64,000 nt of DNA from an uncultured Bacillota bacterium (GCA_902492995.1 CABUNR010000002.1:22561-86560); one strand, 5' to 3'. Positions 52,441 to 62,077 are shown, counted from the first letter of the stretch. Made by a program: numbers and translations. The notes: generated by a model not told the origin, from the letters alone.

Positions 52441-53421
52441 GTGAACGTAATTGTTTCAAATAAAAAACAAAAAATGCTTGAAAATTTAAATATTGAAATA
52501 ATAAAAGAATTAAATGGAGAATTTGATGTTGATGAAATAATTGATACATTTAAAAATTTCTTTTTTCAAAGAATGATATTAGATATAACAGCATTAAAAG
52601 ATTATAAAGATATCAGAACAATACAAAAGTTATCTTTATCTTTAGATATGAATAAAGTGATTTTGATTCTTGATGAAGATTCAAATACAACATCACCTGA
52701 ATTTATGTCTAAATTAATTTCAATTGGAATATATAATTTTACAACAAATATAGAAGGCGTTATGTACTTGTACAATAGTCCAAATACATATAGAGATGTA
52801 GCACACCTACATATTATAGACAACCCAACAGTAGTTACACAAACTGATACAAAAACAAATACTGTTTACGTAGACAGATATGTAGAAGCTCCACCTGTTA
52901 AAACAAATAGAGTAATTGGAATAAAAAATGTTACTAAGCAAACTGGTGCAACAACATTAACTTATATGATGAAAAAAATGCTTAAAAATTTATATTCAGT
53001 TGTTGCGATTGAAGTTGAAAAATCTGACTTTAGATTTTTTAATGATAGAGAACTTTTATCATCAACAAATAGTAGTATAGGAAATATGGTTAGTAAATAT
53101 AAAGATAAAGATGTAATTTTACTTGATGTAAATAATAGCGAAAATGCTTTGGGATTATGCGATGAGGTAATTTATTTAATAGAACCATCAATGGTAAAAT
53201 TAAATAGACTTATGATCATAAATCCAAAAATATTAAATGATATTAAAGGAAAAAAAGTAATATTAAATCAAAGTTTACTAAAACAAAAAGATGTAACTGA
53301 TTTTGAATATGAATCAGGATTGAAAATATTTTATAATATGCCACCTTTAGATGAAAGAGCAGATTATAGCAAAGAATTGGCAGAATTTTTAAATAAATTA
53401 GGTTTTACAAAAGTAAATTAG
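52441..53421 (+). CDS. TadZ/CpaE-like protein with a degenerate ParA/MinD-type nucleotide-binding loop
   Basis: GTG start; N-terminal 130-aa receiver-like domain, then VIGIKNVTKQTGATTLTYMM where a MinD/ParA P-loop (KGGVGKTT) would lie but without the signature Lys-Gly; D-rich segment LLDVNNSE. Confidence 0.4.
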   Translation: MNVIVSNKKQKMLENLNIEIIKELNGEFDVDEIIDTFKNFFFQRMILDITALKDYKDIRTIQKLSLSLDMNKVILILDEDSNTTSPEFMSKLISIGIYNFTTNIEGVMYLYNSPNTYRDVAHLHIIDNPTVVTQTDTKTNTVYVDRYVEAPPVKTNRVIGIKNVTKQTGATTLTYMMKKMLKNLYSVVAIEVEKSDFRFFNDRELLSSTNSSIGNMVSKYKDKDVILLDVNNSENALGLCDEVIYLIEPSMVKLNRLMIINPKILNDIKGKKVILNQSLLKQKDVTDFEYESGLKIFYNMPPLDERADYSKELAEFLNKLGFTKVN

Positions 53422-53442
53422 TGTCAAATAATAAGGCAAATA

Positions 53443-53471
53443 TTGACAAAAATATAAAAATAACGTATGAT
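53443..53471 (+). promoter_or_regulatory. Candidate sigma-A promoter (TTGACA, 17 bp spacer, TATGAT) followed by perfect palindrome AGATGTgaaACATCT at 53481..53495
   Basis: Consensus -35 with ideal spacing, immediately upstream of the first T4SS-module gene. The palindrome lies about 10 nt after the -10 element. Confidence 0.55.
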
Positions 53472-53519
53472 TAAATTGTTAGATGTGAAACATCTATTAA
53501 ACTATGAGGAGGGTTAAAT

Positions 53520-53882
53520 ATGATGAATATGGTAAACGTATTAGCTAACGTAAAATGTGGAACAATTGAAATAGATAGTATAATACCTGGAACAATTTCT
53601 ACATTTGTTACAATCTTAAAAATTGCAGTACCTTTAATTTTAATCGTTTTAGGAATGCTTGATTTAGCAAAAGCTGTAATGGCAAATGAAGAAAAAGAAA
53701 TGAAAGAAGCACAAAAGAAACTTATAAAAAGAATCATTTATGCAGTTGTTATTTTCTTCGTAGTAGCATTAGTACAATTTGTATTCTCACAATTATCTAA
53801 AGCCGATACTAATAATGCCAATGGTACATCAAATGCAACAGCTTGTATTTCATGTTTCATTAATGGAAATTGTGGTAGATAG
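53520..53882 (+). CDS. VirB2/TrbC-like conjugative pilin candidate
   Basis: 120 aa; two hydrophobic helices separated by a charged loop (LDLAKAVMANEEKEMKEAQKKLIKR). The pattern is nearly identical to the C-terminus of the next ORF; Cys-rich tail CISCFINGNCGR. Confidence 0.5.
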   Translation: MMNMVNVLANVKCGTIEIDSIIPGTISTFVTILKIAVPLILIVLGMLDLAKAVMANEEKEMKEAQKKLIKRIIYAVVIFFVVALVQFVFSQLSKADTNNANGTSNATACISCFINGNCGR

Positions 53883-53906
53883 TAAAAATACATTTAATAA
53901 AACAAT

Positions 53907-53936
53907 AAGAAAAATCTTTTCTATTGTTTTTTTTTA
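53907..53936 (+). terminator. Rho-independent terminator/attenuator
   Basis: agaaaa-atc-ttttct followed by a T-run; an extended -10 (tgttataat) follows at about 53934..53945. Confidence 0.45.
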
Positions 53937-53964
53937 TGTTATAATGTATTTGGTATAGTTTAAA

Positions 53965-55236
53965 ATGAGGTGTATTATGAAAAGACATTTAAATATAAAT
54001 AAATTTTTAATGGTAGGAGTAGCACTCTTTTGCCTATTTTTTACAGTGAATAATGTAGAAGCAAAAGAATTTATTTGTTATTATAGAGATCCAATGTATG
54101 ATAATGCGGCGAAATGGAAAATAAGCAGTCCATATATCAAAGTACATTATAAAAATGGCAAAGCTACAGTTCAATGGTATGATCATAGCACCAATAGCGA
54201 ATTAGGAAATAAACTTTATTACGCAGTAAATGATGCTTATGAAGAAATATCACCAAAAAGTGGTTCTCAATTGGCTGATAGCGATTTTTCTAATGGATGT
54301 CCGTCTAAAATCGATAGAATGACATTGCCTGGATATGATAATGGAAATGTTATTTTTGATGTATTTAAAAAAGGTACTGAAGAGTATAATTTATTTTATG
54401 ACCAAACATTATATGAAACAGGAAACAAATATAGTAAAGAATTAAAAAGTATATATAATAGTGGTAGCATGAAAACAAAAAAATGTTATCAAAGTGGTTT
54501 AAATTTTGATCCTTCTAATGAGTATTCACAAGCACATTTTTGCTGGAAACCAACATTTGTTCAAGAAGATGCGGTGTCAAATGGAACAACAAATGGTGGA
54601 ACATCAAATAATACAAATAAGGAATATATTACATGTCCTTATGCTAGTGATGGGCATGTTTCAACTGATGCTGGAAATGTAAAACCATATCTTATAATTA
54701 AATATAATAAAAGTACAAAAAAGACAGAGGCTACAAGTGAACTTGCAAATACTTCTGCAACAATAAATGTTCATATTGATTTTTCAAAATTGAATGGTAA
54801 ATGTCCGAATACTGTATATACCGATGCAAATTATGAAAATATATATTCAAATATATCAGAAGTTCCTGATAAAGGAGATGCACATATGTTTGGATTAATA
54901 AAAAAAGTAAGTTCAACTAAGAAACCTACTGATACAGGAAAAACTGGATGTGATTTAATCGGAGATAGAACACTTGGAATTGTAAAAAAATTATATGCGT
55001 TAATAAGATTTTTAGTTCCTGCAATAATAATTGTTTTATCAGTTCTAGATTTTACAGGTATTGTATTGTCAGGTGAAACAGAAAAAATGGAAAAAGCAAA
55101 AAAAAGATTCGTAATAAGAATTGTAAGTGGAATGCTTGTTCTATTTGTACCAGCTATACTAGAGATGTTATTAAGACTAGCTGGTATAATTGAATCAAAT
55201 GAGGATTTAGTTAATGCTGCGTGTAATCTTTTTTAA
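53965..55236 (+). CDS. Secreted protein carrying a C-terminal VirB2/TrbC-like pilin domain
   Basis: Signal peptide, 330-aa Cys-containing extracytoplasmic domain, then LIRFLVPAIIIVLSVLDFTGIVLSGETEKMEKAKKRFVIRIVSGMLVLFVPAILEML. This parallels residues 30-95 of ORF 53520..53882 (LKIAVPLILIVLGMLDLAKAVMANEEKEMKEAQKKLIKRIIYAVVIFFV). Confidence 0.5.
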   Translation: MRCIMKRHLNINKFLMVGVALFCLFFTVNNVEAKEFICYYRDPMYDNAAKWKISSPYIKVHYKNGKATVQWYDHSTNSELGNKLYYAVNDAYEEISPKSGSQLADSDFSNGCPSKIDRMTLPGYDNGNVIFDVFKKGTEEYNLFYDQTLYETGNKYSKELKSIYNSGSMKTKKCYQSGLNFDPSNEYSQAHFCWKPTFVQEDAVSNGTTNGGTSNNTNKEYITCPYASDGHVSTDAGNVKPYLIIKYNKSTKKTEATSELANTSATINVHIDFSKLNGKCPNTVYTDANYENIYSNISEVPDKGDAHMFGLIKKVSSTKKPTDTGKTGCDLIGDRTLGIVKKLYALIRFLVPAIIIVLSVLDFTGIVLSGETEKMEKAKKRFVIRIVSGMLVLFVPAILEMLLRLAGIIESNEDLVNAACNLF

Positions 55237-55253
55237 GGATGGAGGTGATATAA

Positions 55254-57662
55254 TTGGGTAATTTGATTTATTTTTTAGATGATAAAAATTCGTTCAAAAG
55301 TACTATACGAGCTTTTTTTGCCCAAATATTAAAATTTTTATATAGATGGATAAGCTCTGCAATAGAAGCAATGTATAATTTAGCTTCTAATGATTTTGGA
55401 CTTGGAAGTTATGTTGAAAATTTATCAGGAAAAATATTTGTTGTACTTATAATATTTATGATATTTAAAGTAACTATTTCAATAATGACATATGTAGTTA
55501 ATCCAGACGCTTTTACTGATAAAAGCAAGGGAATTCAAAATGTTTTTAAAAGAATAGTTATTTCAATTGTATTATTAGTGTCAATAAATCCAATATTTTC
55601 AGCTTTATCATATATTCAAGATGCCATAATTGAAGACGGAGTTATTGAAAATTTAATTATGGGGAGTAATAATGATACAGTTCATGAAACAAGTGACGGT
55701 GAATATGTTTATTTGATACAAATAAGCCCATATTGTGAAACGTGGGCACCAAATAATAAGGTAGTTGCATTTTCAAAAGGAGACATGATTTCTCTATTAA
55801 CCTTAAAACCATTTATACAACCATCTACTTCAACAACAGGAGCTGATTCAAGAAAAGATGAATTGCTGGATTTAGAATATTGTGGTGTTGATGTTAGTAA
55901 GGATATTGACTATATTGATAGTACAGAAATGGGCTTTTATCAAAGTATATCTGGTCCTAAAAGTACAGATGACTTTTTGAGATGGGAAATTTATAATGGA
56001 TATACTGGTACATGGTCTATTGAAAATAATGTTTATTATTTAGATTTTGACTATTTATGGGCACTTGTATTTGGAATAGTAGTGTTATTAATAGTGATAA
56101 GTTTCTGTTTTGACGTTGTAAAACGTGCATTAACATTATTAGTTTTACAAGTTATGGCACCAATTCCTATAATATCCTATATAAGCCCTGATAGTAAATC
56201 ATCAAATATGTTAAATTCATGGTTTAAAAAATTAGGTTCAACATGGGCAAGTTTATTCATAAAAATGTTATCATTAAGTCTTGCAATAAGTTTTATTGGA
56301 GCAATATCAGACTCTGCAATTATAAAAGATGGTAGTGGAGGACTTATTATACAATTAATTGCAATCGCAGGTACGTTAATGTTTGCAAAAGAATTACCTA
56401 AGTTATTAGAAGAGTTAATTCCAGGGTTAAAAATGGGTAATGGCTTCGAATTAAATCCATTTAAAAAAATAAGTAAAGAAGCATTAGGAGGAAATATGTT
56501 ACTTGGAGCAGGTGCTGGAATATTAGGAGCAGGGCTTGCTGGTGGAACTAATGCTATACATAGACTTGGAAGTGGAATATCTCAAGGTGTGAATAATGCA
56601 AGAAATGTAAGTGGCTTTAGAAATAAAGCAGGAGCAATTTTAAATAGCTCTTTAAGAGGTGCTGCAAGAGGTGTTGGAAGCGGATTAACAGGAGCAGCAC
56701 GAGCAGGAATTAATGCTTTTGGAAGAACATCAAAAGATGGTCGAATATTTAATGGTGCTTGGAATGGATACCAGACATCAATGTATTCTAAATTATTAAG
56801 AGAAGATAATTTAAGAAAAGCTGGATTAGAAAATGCATCACTAGGTGATAAAATGAAGTTTGCAGCTGGATCAGTACTTGCTGATGGAGCCAGATATGTT
56901 GGTGTTCTTAATAAAGGACAAAGTGAATATTTAGATGCTGCACGAATGGATAATCAGATTAAATCAATGGAATCTAAATTAAGTGAAGACAAATTGAATT
57001 TAACAATTGAAAAGCAAAATGCTTTAGCTCCATTCCAGGAATATGCAAAATATGCTCAAAAAATAAAAGAAAAGATAGATAATGAATCAAATGTTAAAAC
57101 AGCTCAACAACTTTTAGAGGATGCACAAGCAACTGGTAATGCATCAGATATTGCTGCTGCAAGAAATATATTAGAAGAAGCAAAAAAAACAGCTGGTCAA
57201 AAATTACTAAGTACAGATAGAGAAACTAGAGCATATGCTAGTAAGTTACAAGAAATAAGAAATAACAATAGTATATTAAAGGATAATAATTACGACTTCA
57301 TAGATGATAAAGGATTCTTTAAAGCAAGTTCAATTTATAATGCTAATTCTCAAGCTAATATTACTGAAATGAGTTATGCATCTAGAGAAAAAGAATTTGA
57401 AATTAGGCAACAACAAATTGATTCTATCAAAAATAGTAAAGAATATATGGAAGCACATGATGAAAATTCAAGAGCTAAATTACAAAACTCTAGTCGTATA
57501 AATAGAGATGTTCAACAACCTGGATATAAACCAAGTGCTGGTCCAGCTCAAGAAACTGCATTTGATCGATATGTAGGTGGACATCCTGGAGGACATAATT
57601 CTGATCATGGACCAGGTAGGCAATTTCTACCACCAGATAATGGTGGAAATCCTAGACCATAA
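55254..57662 (+). CDS. VirB6/TrbL-like polytopic conjugation channel protein with long C-terminal coiled-coil/Gly-rich region
   Basis: 802 aa; 6 or more TM helices in the first 420 aa, a Gly-rich segment (GGNMLLGAGAGILGAGLAGG), then a 350-aa hydrophilic tail ending Pro/Gly-rich. The architecture resembles ConG/TrbL-type proteins of Firmicutes ICEs. Confidence 0.55.
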   Translation: MGNLIYFLDDKNSFKSTIRAFFAQILKFLYRWISSAIEAMYNLASNDFGLGSYVENLSGKIFVVLIIFMIFKVTISIMTYVVNPDAFTDKSKGIQNVFKRIVISIVLLVSINPIFSALSYIQDAIIEDGVIENLIMGSNNDTVHETSDGEYVYLIQISPYCETWAPNNKVVAFSKGDMISLLTLKPFIQPSTSTTGADSRKDELLDLEYCGVDVSKDIDYIDSTEMGFYQSISGPKSTDDFLRWEIYNGYTGTWSIENNVYYLDFDYLWALVFGIVVLLIVISFCFDVVKRALTLLVLQVMAPIPIISYISPDSKSSNMLNSWFKKLGSTWASLFIKMLSLSLAISFIGAISDSAIIKDGSGGLIIQLIAIAGTLMFAKELPKLLEELIPGLKMGNGFELNPFKKISKEALGGNMLLGAGAGILGAGLAGGTNAIHRLGSGISQGVNNARNVSGFRNKAGAILNSSLRGAARGVGSGLTGAARAGINAFGRTSKDGRIFNGAWNGYQTSMYSKLLREDNLRKAGLENASLGDKMKFAAGSVLADGARYVGVLNKGQSEYLDAARMDNQIKSMESKLSEDKLNLTIEKQNALAPFQEYAKYAQKIKEKIDNESNVKTAQQLLEDAQATGNASDIAAARNILEEAKKTAGQKLLSTDRETRAYASKLQEIRNNNSILKDNNYDFIDDKGFFKASSIYNANSQANITEMSYASREKEFEIRQQQIDSIKNSKEYMEAHDENSRAKLQNSSRINRDVQQPGYKPSAGPAQETAFDRYVGGHPGGHNSDHGPGRQFLPPDNGGNPRP

Positions 57663-57686
57663 AAAATAAAAAGTGGGTGAATAAAA

Positions 57687-58013
57687 ATGAATAATAATTA
57701 TTTAATACCGGCCAATTCAAAAAAATCACAATTATATTTTGGATTATTTAATAAATTTGATTTAATATTATTTGGTAGTGGAGTAGGAACATCATTATTA
57801 TTAATGACAATAATTCCTGTTGGAAATTATATTCTTTCAATAATAATATGTTTACCTGCTGTAATAACTGGGTTTCTAGTATTCCCCGTTCCAAACTACC
57901 ATAATGTTTTATCTTTATTAAGGTCGATATGGCAATTTTATACAACAAGACAAAAATTCATTTGGAAAGGTTGGTGTGTAAAAGATGAGTTCAAAGAAGA
58001 CGATAAAAAGTAG
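57687..58013 (+). CDS. Small two-TM protein in VirB3/PrgI/TcpE-like position
   Basis: 108 aa with two hydrophobic helices, immediately upstream of VirB4. Confidence 0.4.
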   Translation: MNNNYLIPANSKKSQLYFGLFNKFDLILFGSGVGTSLLLMTIIPVGNYILSIIICLPAVITGFLVFPVPNYHNVLSLLRSIWQFYTTRQKFIWKGWCVKDEFKEDDKK

Positions 58014-58536
58014 ATATACAGAACAATATGTACCTATAAAAAGTATTACAAATGGTATGATTGTGCTTGAAAATAATGAAAAAGTAACAGGTCTTAAAAT
58101 TGTACCCAGAAATATATTTATTTCTGATACTAATACGCAATATGCAATAATTGATAATTTAAAAAATGTATATAACGTTATAGATTATGAATTCTGGGTA
58201 ATTGCTGCTGATAGACCAGTTGATGTAAATGTATTTTTATCACAACTTCAATTATTGTATGCAAAAACAAATGATCAAGTAACAAGAAAGCTAATAATGG
58301 AAGATATAGAAAAAGCAAATACATTTACAAATAACAATGTTGTAGATACAGAATACTTCTTATTATTTAGACATAAAGATCCAGAAGTAATAAATAAAAG
58401 ATTGAGACAATTAATAACAATGTTTGCTAATGCGGGATTAAATTCACATCAAGTAACTAATGATGATTTAAGAATTATCTTAGATAATTTCCTAAATGGT
58501 GGACAAACAACTAATTTTGGAGGTGTTTTTGTATGA
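57985..58536 (+). CDS. VirB4-family N-terminal domain encoded as a separate ORF
   Basis: 183 aa; its stop overlaps the start of the ATPase ORF (gtATGAatc). The two ORFs total 777 aa, matching VirB4/ConE/TcpF length. Confidence 0.5.
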   Translation: MSSKKTIKSRYTEQYVPIKSITNGMIVLENNEKVTGLKIVPRNIFISDTNTQYAIIDNLKNVYNVIDYEFWVIAADRPVDVNVFLSQLQLLYAKTNDQVTRKLIMEDIEKANTFTNNNVVDTEYFLLFRHKDPEVINKRLRQLITMFANAGLNSHQVTNDDLRIILDNFLNGGQTTNFGGVFV

Positions 58537-60317
58537 ATCTAAAAGCACAATTAGCACCTAAGGGCTTAGAATTTAAACCAAATGGCTTTATTATAAGCGA
58601 TAAATATGCAACAATATTAACAGTTATTTCTTATCCAAGAATGATAACACCAGGATATTTATCAAATTTAACAAGTATGTCAGGAATTAAAGTTGTTATA
58701 AAACATATTCCTGTAGATTTCTCAGTACTTAGAAAAATGTTAAATAAGGAAGTTGCAACATTAAAAGAAAGATATCAAAATGAAAAGGATATAACAATTC
58801 AAGAAAGAATAAGACAAGATTATGAATCATTAGAAGTATTCATAACACAACTTGCAGCATCACAGGCAAAAATCTTTGATTTTCAAATGCATATTATGAT
58901 AACAGCAAATTCAGAGGAAGAATTAAACAATAAAAAAATGCAAGTAAGAAACTATCTTGAAGCAATGCAATTAAGAGCATATCCATTACGCTTTGAACAA
59001 GAAAATGTCTTTAAATCAATGCTTCCAATATATGAAGATCAAGAAATTGAAAGTAGAATCGGAATACCAATTCCATCTCCAACAATTGCAGCTATGTATC
59101 CTTTTATATTTGATAGTATAAAAGATCCTGGCCTATCAACATTGTTAGGTGTAGATTTCTCAGGTGGAGTAATTTTATTTAATCAATTCTTATATAAAAT
59201 AAAAAAAGAACATAATAGAAATAATGCAAACTTAATTATTCTTGGTACATCAGGAAGTGGTAAGTCAACAGCAGAAAAAATTATGTTTAGAACACATATA
59301 AGAAATGGCTGTCAATTAATTGCAATAGATCCTGAAGGTGAATTAGAAGGAATGACAAGAAGATATAAAGGAGACTTTATAGATCTTGGTAAAGGTGGAG
59401 AATTTGGAATGATTAATCCACTAGAAGTTGTAATAGATGCGGATGAAGATGAAGTAAAAGGTGGACTTGGATATACAGTGCTTACTAGAACTCTTCAAAG
59501 TATAAAAGCATTTATGAAGTATTATGATCCTTCAATCACAGAAGATATATTAAATATGTTTACAGAAATTGTTACAGAAACATATAGAAGATTTGGAATG
59601 AATTTTGAAACAGATTTTACAAAATTTAAATCAATCGATTATCCAACATTTAAAGATGTATATGCAACAATAAGAGGAAGACTTGCATCAATGACTGAAA
59701 AAACACATGAAAAAGATGTAATGGAAATGCTTGAAATGAAAGTAAGACCACTTGTTAAAGAATTAAAATATTATTTTGATGGACATACAACAATAGAACC
59801 AAAAAGTAAATTTATAGTATTTAATATTAGAGAACTTATGAATGCTGATGCTAATATAAGAAATGCACTTTTCTTTAACATTCTTAAATATGCATGGGGA
59901 CTTACTTTAGATAAAAGAATAGATACTGTATTATCTGTAGATGAAGCACATGTATTATTATCTGGTAATAATACACTTGGGGCTGATTTCTTAGCACAAA
60001 TTCAAAGACGTGCTAGAAAATATAATACGGGTACAATTATAATAACTCAACAACCAAGTGATTTTAGCGATCCAAATGTTATAACACAAGGAAAAGCTAT
60101 ATTTGATAATGCATCATATTATTTGGTTATGGGATTAAAAAAACAAGCAGTTGAAGACTTAGCAAAATTAATAGATTTAAATGATAATGAAAAAGAAAAT
60201 ATTAAACATTATAATCAAGGAGAAGCATTATTTGTTTGTGGAAGTAGAAGAATGCAAATAGAAGTAATCGCAACTGAACAAGAATTAGATTCATTTGGAT
60301 CAGGTGGTGGATTATAA
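58533..60317 (+). CDS. VirB4/TraE/ConE-type conjugative transfer ATPase (C-terminal ATPase portion)
   Basis: Walker A LGTSGSGKST, IAIDPEGE, and Walker B/DEAH region VLSVDEAHVLL ... IITQQPSDF, characteristic of the VirB4 family. Confidence 0.85.
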   Translation: MNLKAQLAPKGLEFKPNGFIISDKYATILTVISYPRMITPGYLSNLTSMSGIKVVIKHIPVDFSVLRKMLNKEVATLKERYQNEKDITIQERIRQDYESLEVFITQLAASQAKIFDFQMHIMITANSEEELNNKKMQVRNYLEAMQLRAYPLRFEQENVFKSMLPIYEDQEIESRIGIPIPSPTIAAMYPFIFDSIKDPGLSTLLGVDFSGGVILFNQFLYKIKKEHNRNNANLIILGTSGSGKSTAEKIMFRTHIRNGCQLIAIDPEGELEGMTRRYKGDFIDLGKGGEFGMINPLEVVIDADEDEVKGGLGYTVLTRTLQSIKAFMKYYDPSITEDILNMFTEIVTETYRRFGMNFETDFTKFKSIDYPTFKDVYATIRGRLASMTEKTHEKDVMEMLEMKVRPLVKELKYYFDGHTTIEPKSKFIVFNIRELMNADANIRNALFFNILKYAWGLTLDKRIDTVLSVDEAHVLLSGNNTLGADFLAQIQRRARKYNTGTIIITQQPSDFSDPNVITQGKAIFDNASYYLVMGLKKQAVEDLAKLIDLNDNEKENIKHYNQGEALFVCGSRRMQIEVIATEQELDSFGSGGGL

Positions 60318-60337
60318 AATAGTCTGGTGGTGGTATT

Positions 60338-62068
60338 TTGGATAATAAAGATTTTGATGATGAAATAGATGAATTAGAAGATGAAACTCCTTCATATGAA
60401 GAAATGCCTGAAGAAGAAATAGAAAGTGAAAATCAAGATTTTTATACACAAAATATTAATAATCAAATAAGAAATATTAGAAGAGAAAATAAAGGAAGCC
60501 AAAATACCGTTAATAGACTTAGACAAAGAAATGCGAATACAATTGTAAAAAAAGCAACAATACCAAATCAAAATACTGATGAAGGAGAGCAACCAGAACA
60601 AAAACAAAATAAATTAGATAAATTAAATCCATTAAAACAAAATGGAGGATTATCTAATATTGGAAATAATTTTAAACAAAAAGGTAAAGAACTTGGTACT
60701 GCAGCAAAAGAAAAAACAAAAGAAGTTATAGCTAGTGGTGTAAAAAAATTATCTGCTTTTTTACTTAAAAATCCATATGTACTTATAATAATTGGAATTA
60801 TCATATTAATTATAGTTATTCCAGTTTTATGGAAAGCAAATGGTGACGAGGATGATAGCAGTGGCAATTTAGATAATTCTGAAATAATAAGTAATTCAGA
60901 TAGCATGATTTCACTTAAAAGGACAAAATTATCGAGGCAAGAATTTGTTGATGCATGTAATAATTATTCAAATGGTTCAAAACACAAAGCTTTTTATGAT
61001 AAATGTGGTAGAATATATGATATATCTAAAGAGAATAATTTTAACCCTGAAATGGTTGTAATTAGAGCAATAGTAGAAGGATTTTCACCAGGGGAATATA
61101 AAAATAATTACTGGGGTATTGGATGTTTTAATGGAGCAGGTTCAAGTGCCTGTAAAACATATGGCTCATTTGATGAAGGTGTAAAAGCATATATTAAAAA
61201 TGTTTCACAATATGAAACAGTAGAACAAATGGCTAGTAAATATGCATATATAGGTGATAACTGGTATAATCCAGGTAGTTCAGCAAGTGGAGGATGTTAT
61301 TATTTTCCTTATATAAAACAGTATATGAGTTCTGCGAGAATAATTACAGTTCAAAATGCATGTAGTGAAAGTAAAAAATGTTCAGGTACAATCTGTATTC
61401 CAACAAATGATGAAGATCAAATGGCATATGCTAAGTATCAAGTATCAAAAATGGTTGATGTAGGAAATAGTGTCTTTGGAAGTGTAACAAGTCAAGAAGC
61501 AACATCTAAAGCATCATCCTCAAAAATGCCAACCTCTGTTGAAGATTTAAAAATTAGATATTATTTTACATTTGATAAGGAAAAATATTTGAAATTAGAA
61601 GGAGCAGATAGTCATTTATTTGGACAATGTGTATGGTATGCATATCATAGAGCGATGGATATAGTAAATTCTTCAAATCTAAGTTCAGAAGAGAAACAAA
61701 AGAGAATTGAAAGTTTACAATCACATTCATCAGACGGAGGTGCATATGTAACTGCTATGGAGGGCTCAATATTTAAAAAGACTACAAATCCAAATGATAT
61801 AAAAGCACCAGCTGTTATATCTTGGAAAAATGGTTCATATGGACATGTTGCAATAATAGAAGAAGTACAAACAGACTCAAATGGTAATAAAACTTTTGTT
61901 GTATCAGAAGGATGGAGAAATAGAGATTGTCCGAATAGAAGCTGGTGTACACATAATTCAATAGAATCATTATGGGCTGTTACTAGATTTAATTCTTATA
62001 CAACTTCTTCAGTAAATACTTATAGTAGTGGTTATACCTTTGTAAATGCAGCTTCATTATTAGAATAG
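60338..62068 (+). CDS. CwlT/TcpG-like bifunctional cell-wall hydrolase (lysozyme-like domain plus C-terminal CHAP domain) with acidic N-terminus and TM anchor
   Basis: N-terminal 130 aa D/E-rich, TM YVLIIIGIILIIVIPVLW, central glycoside-hydrolase-like region, then C-terminal CHAP signature GQCVWYAYHRAM ... GHVAIIEEV (catalytic Cys/His). Confidence 0.65.
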   Translation: MDNKDFDDEIDELEDETPSYEEMPEEEIESENQDFYTQNINNQIRNIRRENKGSQNTVNRLRQRNANTIVKKATIPNQNTDEGEQPEQKQNKLDKLNPLKQNGGLSNIGNNFKQKGKELGTAAKEKTKEVIASGVKKLSAFLLKNPYVLIIIGIIILIIVIPVLWKANGDEDDSSGNLDNSEIISNSDSMISLKRTKLSRQEFVDACNNYSNGSKHKAFYDKCGRIYDISKENNFNPEMVVIRAIVEGFSPGEYKNNYWGIGCFNGAGSSACKTYGSFDEGVKAYIKNVSQYETVEQMASKYAYIGDNWYNPGSSASGGCYYFPYIKQYMSSARIITVQNACSESKKCSGTICIPTNDEDQMAYAKYQVSKMVDVGNSVFGSVTSQEATSKASSSKMPTSVEDLKIRYYFTFDKEKYLKLEGADSHLFGQCVWYAYHRAMDIVNSSNLSSEEKQKRIESLQSHSSDGGAYVTAMEGSIFKKTTNPNDIKAPAVISWKNGSYGHVAIIEEVQTDSNGNKTFVVSEGWRNRDCPNRSWCTHNSIESLWAVTRFNSYTTSSVNTYSSGYTFVNAASLLE

Positions 62069-62077
62069 AGTGATATA

